This document shows positions 32,191-41,700 of a stretch of 45,030 bases of DNA, piece after piece; the stretch's first letter is position 1; every line of letters begins with the position of its first letter. Made by a program: the position numbers and the translations under genes. Source of the stretch: a virus; the IMG/VR virus record IMGVR_UViG_3300011442_000006, positions 1 to 45,030 of that record; one strand, 5' to 3'. The notes below the pieces were generated by a model. The model was not told where the DNA came from. It made no database searches and saw only the letters and a program-made list of their open reading frames with translations.

Positions 32191-33027
32191 ATGCCGTTCG
32201 GTGGCCTTCTTACGCTCGGTTTAATCGGCGGCGGCTCGTCGCTTTTTAGTGGCATATTGGGCTCTAAGGCGTCAGGGAAAGCTTCTCAGCAGCAAGGGGC
32301 CGCGGCTGACAAAGCGATCGACTTTCAAAAGGAAATCTACGGCGACCAGCGGCGAGACCAGCAACCCTATCAGGACCTCGGTACGGCGGCGATCGCTCAA
32401 CTGATGAAGCGTATCGGGATGGGAACGCCAGACTTTCAGACGCCAGACGATTTCAAGGGGCCAGACGATTTCACGGCGCCCTCTCTCGAGGAGGCCCGTA
32501 ACTCGCCTGGTTATCAGTTCGCAAAGCAAGAGGGAGAATCAAGCATAGTCAAGGGCCAGGCGGCGGCCGGCGGGGCGTTTACGGGCGGAACGTTGCGGGC
32601 TCTCGATTCGTTCGGGACCGGGCTTGCTGATTCGACCTATTCGAACGTCTTCAACCGGTCGCTATCGACGTACAAGCAAAACCTCGACAAAAACCTGGGG
32701 GTGTTTAATACCAACCTGAATAAGAACCTGGGCGGGTATCAGGCGAACCTGGCCGGCGACGCTCAGGAGTTTTCGCAACTACTCGCCCCGGCTCAACTGG
32801 GCGAGAACGCGACGGCGCAGATAGGAAACGTCGGTTCCCATGCGGCGACCAGTATTGCAGACTTAATGACGGGCAAGGGCAACGCCCAGGCGGCCGGCAC
32901 GGTCGGAAGCGCGAACGCATGGGGCGGGGCATTGAGCGGTCTCTCTCAGACGGCCAATGATACATTCCTACTCTCTGAGTTCATGAAGAGGAATAAGCAG
33001 CAAGCGCCCAAACTCGCGGCAGGGTAG
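32191..33027 (+). CDS. internal virion / ejection-type protein (278 aa)
   Basis: RBS GGGAGGAG. Gly-rich hydrophobic N-terminus. SPGYQFAKQEGESSIVKGQAAAGGAFTGGTLRAL is a block common in podovirus internal proteins. Confidence 0.55.
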   Translation: MPFGGLLTLGLIGGGSSLFSGILGSKASGKASQQQGAAADKAIDFQKEIYGDQRRDQQPYQDLGTAAIAQLMKRIGMGTPDFQTPDDFKGPDDFTAPSLEEARNSPGYQFAKQEGESSIVKGQAAAGGAFTGGTLRALDSFGTGLADSTYSNVFNRSLSTYKQNLDKNLGVFNTNLNKNLGGYQANLAGDAQEFSQLLAPAQLGENATAQIGNVGSHAATSIADLMTGKGNAQAAGTVGSANAWGGALSGLSQTANDTFLLSEFMKRNKQQAPKLAAG

Positions 33028-33033
33028 TAGAAT
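33025..33033 (+). promoter_or_regulatory. TAGTAGAAT box, 6 nt upstream of ATG 33040
   Basis: The stop codon TAG is fused to TAGAAT, followed by agcccc then ATG. Confidence 0.45.
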
Positions 33034-33039
33034 AGCCCC

Positions 33040-34689
33040 ATGCCCGGTATTGATGCAAGTATCCCGCTCCACGTCCAGCAACCTCAGGTACAAAGCCCAA
33101 TGCAATCGATTGGGCGGCTCATGCAGCTACAGGGGCAGATAGACGCACGGGCTCTCCATGCGGCTCAGATTCAAAACGAGCATATTCAGCAACAGGCTCA
33201 GCAGATCAAGCTCGATGAGGCAAAGCGGGAAGTCGGCGAGCAACAAACGTTCCAGGAAGCCTTGAAAGGCGGGCTCGGGTACGAGGGTACGTTGACGGAG
33301 CTCGAGAAAGCGGGCAAGGTTTCGCCGGCGTTTACCGTCAAGGCTCGCGAGAACTTCGCGAAGACGGTCAAAGAACGGGCCCTTGCCGGTTCCGCCGAGC
33401 TCGAGGGCCACAACAAGCGACTACAGACGCTGGGCGGGGGTCTCGCGGCGATCGAGCTCTTAGATCCGGCCGAGCGGCCCGGCGCCTTTAGTCAGTGGCG
33501 TACCCAGATGATCGCCGATCCAGATCTAGCGGAAGACGCGAAAAAGCTTCCTGAGCAATACAGCGACTCGCTCGCGAGCCGGGCGAAATGGATGGGAGGA
33601 CTAACCAAGGACATCAACGACGCGGCTATCAAGCTTCAAGGTGAGGAACGGGCGGCAGCGAAGGAAAAACGCGACGTTCAGTTATTCGCCGAGACTCTCA
33701 AAGAAAAGAAGGCCCAGGCGACGCACGCCGAGCAAGTCGCGGCCGGCACGGTTCCAGAAACGCCCGCTCAGAAGCAGGCTCATGAAGACGCTCAGAAAAC
33801 GCAAGACATCAAAGATTTCGAGTACTCGGTAAAGCAGGGGTACAAGGGCAACTTTGAGCAGTGGAAGACGACGGAAGCGAACCGGCGCCGTCCCATTACG
33901 CAAATTATCCAACCCCAGTACAAAGACGGTAAGCTTGTCGTATCGCCAACAGCGCAGATGGCGGCCGAGGGACGGCTTGACCCAGTCACCTTGCGGGCGG
34001 TCATTCGAAAGAATCCGACAATTGTCGCCGAGATCAAGCAGGCGGCCCCGGAATGGGATGAGGCCGATATCGAGAAGCGGTACGCGGTCGGGAAAGAGTT
34101 TAGTAGCACGTCGAACACGAAGGCGGGCGGCCAAGTCGTCGCTCTCAATACCCTGATCCATCACGCCGAGCTCTACCAGCAGGCGGCCGATGCTTTGAAA
34201 AACGGATCGTTCAAACCGGGTAACGCGGCGTACAATGCGGTCGCGAACCTCTTCGGCTCGGCGCCGCCTCAGAACGCGGCCCTGGTCGCGCGGTTCCTTG
34301 CTGGAGAGACGGGTAAGGTAGCCACGGGCGGTGTGCCTGCCGAGGGCGAAATCAAAGGCGTTCTGGCGAATCTGACGACAGACGCAAGCCCCGAGCAAAT
34401 CGCTGGCGCCGGAAAGACGCTGCTACAGATTGCGGCAGGCCGAGCCATTCCGCTCAAGGAAAAGCTCGTTGACGCCAAGCTTGAAAAGCAATACAAAATC
34501 TTGGGAGATGACGCCAAAGAGATCCTGGGGCGGCGGGGCTTTGATCCGGAGACCCTGAAACCTCGAGCGGCTACCGGCGCGGGCAGCGGTGGGGCCCCCG
34601 CGGGTAAGATCTACGCTCGAGATCCTCAGGGCCAGCGACACGAGGCGAAGGCCGGGACGCCACTACCGGTCGGCTGGAAGGCGGAATAA
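33040..34689 (+). CDS. internal virion / ejection-type protein, coiled-coil rich (549 aa)
   Basis: Gln/Ala/Lys/Glu-rich helical protein in the position of P22 gp20-like ejection proteins. Confidence 0.5.
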   Translation: MPGIDASIPLHVQQPQVQSPMQSIGRLMQLQGQIDARALHAAQIQNEHIQQQAQQIKLDEAKREVGEQQTFQEALKGGLGYEGTLTELEKAGKVSPAFTVKARENFAKTVKERALAGSAELEGHNKRLQTLGGGLAAIELLDPAERPGAFSQWRTQMIADPDLAEDAKKLPEQYSDSLASRAKWMGGLTKDINDAAIKLQGEERAAAKEKRDVQLFAETLKEKKAQATHAEQVAAGTVPETPAQKQAHEDAQKTQDIKDFEYSVKQGYKGNFEQWKTTEANRRRPITQIIQPQYKDGKLVVSPTAQMAAEGRLDPVTLRAVIRKNPTIVAEIKQAAPEWDEADIEKRYAVGKEFSSTSNTKAGGQVVALNTLIHHAELYQQAADALKNGSFKPGNAAYNAVANLFGSAPPQNAALVARFLAGETGKVATGGVPAEGEIKGVLANLTTDASPEQIAGAGKTLLQIAAGRAIPLKEKLVDAKLEKQYKILGDDAKEILGRRGFDPETLKPRAATGAGSGGAPAGKIYARDPQGQRHEAKAGTPLPVGWKAE

Positions 34690-36171
34690 ATGCCCGATGG
34701 ATGGGAGCCGGTAGCTGACACGTCCGCTTGGACGCCGGTAGACGACAAGCCAGGGCCTGGCCCGATCAAGCGTTTCCTCGAGCCGTTGAATCCGATGCCG
34801 TTGGTACACCGGCTTTTTGAGCCGAGCGGCAATCACGCCCTTGACCTGTCTGGATACACTCTCGGCAAGAACGTCTTAAAGCTGGTCGAAGATATGGGCA
34901 TGGCCCAGGTGGAAGAGGGTAAGGCGGCCGTCAAAGCTTTTCAGGATGGCGACCACACGACGGCGATCGCCCGGGGGCTCGCGGCATTAACGCCGGTGTT
35001 GGGGCCCATGTCTCAGCAGGCGGCCGACAAGTTCATAGCTGGCGATACTGCCGGCGGATTGGGCACGTTGACGGCGATGGCTCTCCCGGAAATCATCAAG
35101 GAAGCCCCCGGCGTCGCGAAAGCGGCCGGCAAGAGAGCGGCGGCGGTAGTCGAGAAGGTTAAGTCCGCGGAAGTTCCGCCGATCGTCGGGAAGATGATCG
35201 ACAAGTCGACTAACCGAATCCCTGGCGTCAAGGCGGTAAAGACCCTCTACCGGGCCGCGCAGGACTTCCAGGAAGCGCGGGCCGAGCAGGCAGCCGAGGT
35301 GGCCAAGACGGCAGCGGCGGCCCCGGTAGAGGCCCCGCGGCCAGCCCCTGTACGTCCTCCGCTCGCCGAGCCCAACCCGCTTCCCCCCGAGCAGCCCCCC
35401 GCCATGCCGCGGACCGGCCCGGTGCAACCTCCCCTCAAACCAGGGGGAAAAGTGAGCAGTGAGGCCCCGCAAGCCGTTGAATCGGTGGCCCCGGAAATTC
35501 CTCTCCGCGATCGCGTAACGTCAGAAGCGACGGTCCCCCCAGGTCCAGCGAGCCCGGCCGCAGAAGTTCCGCCGATCGCGAGCCCCGTCGAGCCTGTCGA
35601 GGCGGTACCTTCAGGCGGGCCCGTTAACTCTGGCGGGGCCGGATCCGTCGAAACTGGCGGGAGTACTCCCACGCCAAAGCCAGCGTTGAGTCCGGGAGCC
35701 CAGGCGGCGGCGGAAGCCCTTGGAGATCTCGGCACGTCGGATCTGAAGCCGGCCGAGGACTTTCCCGCTCCCGAGCATTACCAGAGCAAAGCCCAGATCG
35801 ACAAGGCCCGACGTGTCGCCGAGCAATTGAAGCAGCACGGCATCACCTCGGAAGATATGGCGTTGCTCGAGCACGATGATCCGGCATGGAACACGCTATT
35901 CGAAGGGCTCGGCGAAAACGGGCCCGGTAAGTTCTCGGGAGATCCGAAACAGACCGTCGCACAGACGTTGCTACACCTCCGGGAACTGGAGAAGATGGAC
36001 ACCCCCAAGGCGGCTCCCAATCCTATTGCCAAGTCCTCTACCGCCGTACTGGGCGAGCCTCGACCGATGAACCCAAAAGCGCAAGCGATTTCCGAAGAGT
36101 TGGCGGCGGCTCTCGATGAAGTCGACCCCGGTGTTGCTGCAGTCATGAAGAAGCGGCCCCGTAAAAAGTAA
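34690..36171 (+). CDS. internal virion / ejection-type protein, Pro/Ala-rich centre (493 aa)
   Basis: ATG directly follows the upstream TAA. Extreme-GC Pro/Ala low-complexity core at about 35280-35700. Confidence 0.5.
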   Translation: MPDGWEPVADTSAWTPVDDKPGPGPIKRFLEPLNPMPLVHRLFEPSGNHALDLSGYTLGKNVLKLVEDMGMAQVEEGKAAVKAFQDGDHTTAIARGLAALTPVLGPMSQQAADKFIAGDTAGGLGTLTAMALPEIIKEAPGVAKAAGKRAAAVVEKVKSAEVPPIVGKMIDKSTNRIPGVKAVKTLYRAAQDFQEARAEQAAEVAKTAAAAPVEAPRPAPVRPPLAEPNPLPPEQPPAMPRTGPVQPPLKPGGKVSSEAPQAVESVAPEIPLRDRVTSEATVPPGPASPAAEVPPIASPVEPVEAVPSGGPVNSGGAGSVETGGSTPTPKPALSPGAQAAAEALGDLGTSDLKPAEDFPAPEHYQSKAQIDKARRVAEQLKQHGITSEDMALLEHDDPAWNTLFEGLGENGPGKFSGDPKQTVAQTLLHLRELEKMDTPKAAPNPIAKSSTAVLGEPRPMNPKAQAISEELAAALDEVDPGVAAVMKKRPRKK

Positions 36172-36183
36172 GTACTGTGTGGG

Positions 36184-36192
36184 TGATATAAT
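36184..36192 (+). promoter_or_regulatory. Extended -10 box TGATATAAT, 7 nt upstream of ATG 36200
   Basis: TGATATAAT then cacccgc then ATG, with no SD. Confidence 0.55.
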
Positions 36193-36199
36193 CACCCGC

Positions 36200-36655
36200 A
36201 TGCGTACACTTCTGCTATTGCTCGGTCTCGGGCTCTCCCTCTTCGCCCAGGCCCCGCCCAATCGTTATTTCGTCTCGGCCTCGACGACAAAGGTTACTAT
36301 CCAGGAGCCTGCAAGCGGCGGGAACCAGGTGCAGGGGGAGCAAGCCTCGATCTATTGCGTGGCGGCTCAGACGGCGACCGAGGAATGGAACGGCGCTGCA
36401 GCCACGGCGACCACGGCGACGGTCAAGAAAGCGATTGGAACCTTCCAGCCCGCTTTGGCAACGGCATGGACCGCAAGTAACGTGGGTGGAGGCACTAGCG
36501 GGCCAGTTTACAACATCCCAGCCGGCGCGACGATCTTTCTCGATATCTCCCCTGTCCATCTTGGAACCACCGGAACGGGAACAAACTACAGTATCGGGAC
36601 AAGCGGAACCTGCACCATTACCATCTACTGGACCGAAGGATCGGGGAGGCGTTAA
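36200..36655 (+). CDS. protein with signal-peptide-like N-terminus (151 aa)
   Basis: MRTLLLLLGLGLSLFAQA|PPN. The mature part is Thr/Ala/Gly-rich. Confidence 0.6.
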   Translation: MRTLLLLLGLGLSLFAQAPPNRYFVSASTTKVTIQEPASGGNQVQGEQASIYCVAAQTATEEWNGAAATATTATVKKAIGTFQPALATAWTASNVGGGTSGPVYNIPAGATIFLDISPVHLGTTGTGTNYSIGTSGTCTITIYWTEGSGRR

Positions 36656-37993
36656 GTGTTAAAGCTGCTCGTGGTCGTTTTGCTATTCGCCGGTCCCCTT
36701 TTTCCCCAGGGGCTGTTGATGCCGGGGCCATTTATCGGAGGGGTAGGCGGGGGCGGGGGCGGCAGCGGTACAGTTACCAGCGTTTCGTTTACGGGAGGCT
36801 TGATCTCGGTAGCTAATCCCACCACAACGCCAGCGTTTACGGTTGCTGGAACAAGCGGCGGTGTGCCCTGTTTTACTAGTGCGTCTACATGGGCGTCCAG
36901 TTCCGCCCTAGCCGCCACGTCGCTAATGTTAGGAGGTGGCGCAGGTGTATGTCCATCGACCACGAGCACCGATCTTCAGTTCGCGAGCCATACTCTCACT
37001 CTAGGCTCAGCCGGAATCGTCGATGTTAGCCCTGGTAAGTTCGTTCTGCCATCCTCGGCGGCGGGGACCGGGATTACCCTGACGACGACGAGCGGAAGTA
37101 CGGTCATCTCGACAAATTCGGCGGCGTTGTCTGGGGCGATGCTTCTCGCGGGGAATAACACCACTTGGGTTCCAGGCGCGGGAGGGAACGTCTGTACCAA
37201 TAGCGCCACGACGCCATGTATTGTTCTGCCGGGGGCGGCGGTTCCAAATACGCCGATCGCTGGCGGGATCGGAATCAATAACGTGAGCCCGAACGGTTGG
37301 TTTTATTGGTACGGCGGAGCTGCATTTAAGTACGCGGTGGCGAGTGCGACTTCGACACAGGATTTGTCGGCGCTTGCGACCGGAGTTCTCCATAACACCA
37401 CCACAACGGGCGTTTTATCTAGTTCTGCTATTGTTAGCGCTGATCTGAGCATTACTGGAACCACCTGTACAAATCAATTTGTATCAGCTATTAGTTCATC
37501 AGCGGCGGGAACTTGTACGACGGTTACATTGGCGGGTGCCCAATTCGCCAATCAAGGCACAACGACCACGGTTCTTCATGGTAATGCCGCCGGTAACCCA
37601 TCGTTTGGGGCCATTGTCGCCGCTGATATTACGACAGCGACAATTACAGCCGCAAAGATGGCCGCTACCACGTTCGACTCTCAGACTGATGCTGCCACGA
37701 TCACATGGGCGATTGCTTCCGTGTTAAACGCACAGGCGACCGTTACTCTCGGTGGGAACCGAACGCTGAACATCACCAACCCAGTTGTCGGCGGAAACTA
37801 CGTTTTCAAAATTACCCAAGACGGTACAGGATCGCGCACGTTGACCAAGGGGTCTGGATGCACCTGGAAGGAGCTAGGCAGCAGCGCGGCGACATTTGGA
37901 CTCAGCACGGCAGCGAGCGCCATTGATGTTCTCACGTTTACATATGATGGAACGAATTGCCTAGCCAGCGTGGGTAAGGCTTACGGAGGTTAG
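36656..37993 (+). CDS. fibre-like protein with signal-peptide-like N-terminus (445 aa)
   Basis: GTG start directly after TAA. MLKLLVVVLLFAGPLFPQG, a Gly run, then VLHGNAAGNPSFGAIVAADI and a C-terminal ITQDGTGSRTLT... block like phage fibre tips. Confidence 0.6.
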   Translation: MLKLLVVVLLFAGPLFPQGLLMPGPFIGGVGGGGGGSGTVTSVSFTGGLISVANPTTTPAFTVAGTSGGVPCFTSASTWASSSALAATSLMLGGGAGVCPSTTSTDLQFASHTLTLGSAGIVDVSPGKFVLPSSAAGTGITLTTTSGSTVISTNSAALSGAMLLAGNNTTWVPGAGGNVCTNSATTPCIVLPGAAVPNTPIAGGIGINNVSPNGWFYWYGGAAFKYAVASATSTQDLSALATGVLHNTTTTGVLSSSAIVSADLSITGTTCTNQFVSAISSSAAGTCTTVTLAGAQFANQGTTTTVLHGNAAGNPSFGAIVAADITTATITAAKMAATTFDSQTDAATITWAIASVLNAQATVTLGGNRTLNITNPVVGGNYVFKITQDGTGSRTLTKGSGCTWKELGSSAATFGLSTAASAIDVLTFTYDGTNCLASVGKAYGG

Positions 37994-37994
37994 A

Positions 37995-38738
37995 ATGAGG
38001 CTACTTTTAGTCGGACTTCTTGTTACATCGTCGGCATTCGGACAAGCGTTGTTTAGGGCTCAAAACAAAACAGTAGCAAGTGCTGCTCCAGCTATCGTTC
38101 AGTCCGACGTCCGAGACAATGTATCGTGCAATGGGGCAAATACCAGCTCAGCAATTTGTTCCAACGCAATCAGCACTACCACTGGAAATCTAATTCACGT
38201 TTTCGGAGGAACCTCGTTAGGAAGTGGAACAATAGCTGTTTCTGATACCGCAGGGAACACCTATACCTGTGAAACTACCGCAACGCAAGCGACCTCAGAA
38301 GGTACCAGTTGTTACGCAAAAAACATCACAGGAAACGCAGCGAATGTTGTCAAGTTTGATTTTACAGATGTCAATACCTGTGGTCTAGCTTTGTGCGGGC
38401 TCGTAGTATATGAGATTGCGAATGCCAGCACATCAACTCCATTAGATGTTCATCAATCAAAGACAAATGCAGTTGGAGTAGGGACGCCTTGCCTGTCAGA
38501 CTCGTTCTCTACGGGTACCGCCAATGAAGTAATTACTATGAGTTGTTATACCGGCTATGATGGGTCCACGTTCTCGGCGGGAGCGATCACAGGTACAACT
38601 GGGACATTGAATGCAGGCGGCAACGATGCAATTGCGGGCGAGTATAGAGCAGTAACTAGTACGCAAAGTGGCACGGCGGCAATTGGACGCAGTAGTGGCG
38701 TTCCAGGTTCTATCAGTTTTGTGATGTCTTATAAATAG
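37995..38738 (+). CDS. protein with signal-peptide-like N-terminus (247 aa), lower-GC
   Basis: MRLLLVGLLVTSSAFGQA|LF. Thr/Ser/Gly/Cys-rich. The block VSDTAGNTYTC...CYAKNITG is lectin-like. Confidence 0.6.
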   Translation: MRLLLVGLLVTSSAFGQALFRAQNKTVASAAPAIVQSDVRDNVSCNGANTSSAICSNAISTTTGNLIHVFGGTSLGSGTIAVSDTAGNTYTCETTATQATSEGTSCYAKNITGNAANVVKFDFTDVNTCGLALCGLVVYEIANASTSTPLDVHQSKTNAVGVGTPCLSDSFSTGTANEVITMSCYTGYDGSTFSAGAITGTTGTLNAGGNDAIAGEYRAVTSTQSGTAAIGRSSGVPGSISFVMSYK

Positions 38739-38742
38739 TCTA

Positions 38743-41700
38743 ATGAAAACTTTAGTATTATTCTTCCTCTCCTATCCTCTTTTCGCGAATTACTCGGGCG
38801 GGATTTTCGTCGCGCTCGCTACTGGGAAAACAACCTACACGTTGACCAACAGCGGTCCTCAGGGCGGCGTCGAACAGCGGACGGCTGGTCTTGCGGCCTT
38901 CGGCGGGAGCTTCCAGCGAATCGGTGTCACGATCTCGATGGACCACATCTCGCTGCAAAATACGACCTCCTACACATCTTGCGCCGACCCATGCGGAGTT
39001 GGAGGGACGGCGGCGATGATGACGATCAATCGCCAGAAGGGTATCGTCTATGCGCGTTACGAGAAGCTCGACTCTTCTGGGAATCAACTTTTCCCGCGTC
39101 AGTATCTCGATGCCGGGTCTGCTTATGACAACAATACCTGCGCACCGCTCGATACATTTCCTCACATCTCCTATTCCACCGTCACCACGTCGCCGATGCC
39201 AATGCCGCTTGTCATGGTTTGGCACGATTGCTATGTAGGCCAGCTTCAGTTTCCACTCGTCAGCGGGCATGCGTTCGCAAGCCAGCGCTTATACGTTAGG
39301 ATTAGCAATCCTGGGTATAGCAATCCTAATCGACCGGATGGGAAATTCAGTTTCCAGATCAATGGAGGCGCATGGGTTCCATTGACGAACGCTGTCTGTA
39401 CTGGAGTAGACGCCTCGGCTGACTACGGAGGTATTGGTAGCTTCGATCAGACGCGGGAATTTACCTGCTCAATATCCGATGGGTCAATCCTAGTTGGAGA
39501 CACCACGATAACCATTGGAATTCGATTTAACGGTACAGATGGTATCACTTCGGGCGGGCGAATCCTGGCGATCAACATCATCGAAGCGAATGTGGCTTGC
39601 TCTTCGATCACTACTACTACCGGATCGCCCGCCTCTTCGGTTATTACGTGCGCAGGTCATGGATTCACGAACGGTAACGATTTTGTTGTTCTGCACGCCC
39701 CGGATATCTGGATGATGTACCATGGCCTGCGGCACTCGACGGCGGCGACATCCAGTACACTAACGTTTCGCCCATGTAATACCGGGAATCCATGGGATAC
39801 TGCATGCGTTCCGGCGAATGAGACAGTTGCGCCACCAGTCAGCACTGACCCAAGTGGCAATGCGATTACAGCAACGCGAGTGATGTATGTCGCCCGAGCT
39901 GCTATCGCGGCCTCTTCTTTCGTGCAGATAGACCCTACAACATGGACGGCCCCAGGCGGGGGTGACGCAACACGTGGAGGCAAGATATTCCGTACGGGTA
40001 ACGCATCCGGCACAACGGGCCAGTTCGATCAATTGATGAGCCCCAATACGCCATTCCTGAACGACAAATTTCACGTAGCCACGTGCGGCGGTCCCAATGG
40101 TTGTCACACCTCCGGCAATTCCACCGGCGTTCCATCGGGATCGGATTTGAAACGCTTCAACTACGACAATGGATCTATTGGGGTCCGCACGGAGTTTCAC
40201 GGCTTCTCGGAGCAGGACGGGCTCGATATCGAGGCTTATATTCGTGGGCTGAGCGTCACGGTCCCGGTCAACGGGCGTCCTTGGAATCCGCCTATGCAAC
40301 CATGCCCTGGCCTCTCCTCTGGTTCGACTGAGGATTTCTGGGCTGGTGGGGCTAGGGACTGTGTTCTAGAGTACGGGTACGCTGATTGGATCAAATACGC
40401 CGCGCCGGGGGGTGATAAATCTAAGTGGGTTTGGACGGAGAAGTTTGAGACTCGCGATGTGCCTACTATTTACCCGTTTCAAGATTGGAACAAAATGCTT
40501 CCGACACTTCACCCAGCGGATGCTTATCCTAACGGCGATTTTCTTTCCTCAACCCCCTTCACAACGCACCGCGACATCATGGACAATATGACGGAGAATA
40601 ACTTCTCGTCGTTTCAGTCCTACAACTATGGGCAGACCTGTGGCCCATATGTAACCTGGATGAACTCTCAGTACGTGTTCAATGGAACGACAGCCGGGGC
40701 CAACGGAACCGATACAGCAGCGGGTAATTGGTTTCCCGGCAATCTTGCCCAGATTCGTTACAGCGCTATGCAGTACTACTTCATCCGGCAGTACGATATC
40801 TCCGTGGATAAGCAGACCTTTCAGTTTGAAGGTCAACGTAATAATGCTGTTAATGGAGCATCCAATAATGTCAATTGGCCACACGCTACGGGATTTTCTG
40901 GTTTTGGGCTGTTCACCTGTATGGCCCCTCATAAAATCACCACAGCGGAACCTGCGAACCTGCGTAAGACGTGGCCCAATGATGGCTTGATAAAATCTTT
41001 CGATGCAACATCTAACTGGGCTTACGTAGGTAATACGGTCCTGTACTGCGGTGATGGATGGGATTCGGCTAATAGTCCATGTGACAACGCATATTTGAAC
41101 ACCTACACCGTGCGTATGGGTCAATATCGTCCTGGAGGGTACTTGACAACCTTCTTAGGATCGATGGTAGTGCCTCAGCAGGGGTCAGCAAGCAAATATT
41201 TCTTTCAATATCAGTTCAACGGGGCATTTACTACAAGCGACGGCACCCACTTAGTTTGGAGTTCCGGCGATCATTTTGATCCTTCCATGACTGGTCAGGT
41301 AGGGCTTTGGAACGGAGTAGCCGGAACAGCTACATATGTCGATTCTACGCACCTGACGACATCCGCGAGCACAACTACAGGGACTTATGCCATTAATAGC
41401 GGTGGGGCAGGTACGGATTATACCTCGGTCTGGAGTAAAACTCTGACTTATGATTTTCGCTATACCTACCCATGGTTCAGTTCGGCGGCATGGCTGCAAA
41501 ATACGATTGACTACTTAGGCAACATCAACGCGATTACCAGCGCCCACACCGTGGATTATTGGAACCGGGTGTTTACCAACTCTGGGGATGTGAGCCCGAA
41601 CGCCTCCGCTGCCTGGGGATTATCAAGCGGTGGCACAGCCCCAACGACGGCGATGCTTCTTACATTGTTCAAGGTTTGGTGTAATGGCGACTCGACCTGC

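Noticed and set aside
40084-40107. Heme-binding site in the 1137-aa protein (TCGGPNGCH).
   Set aside because: The spacing is CX5CH, not CXXCH. It is a single occurrence, so at most a degenerate cytochrome-c-like fold.
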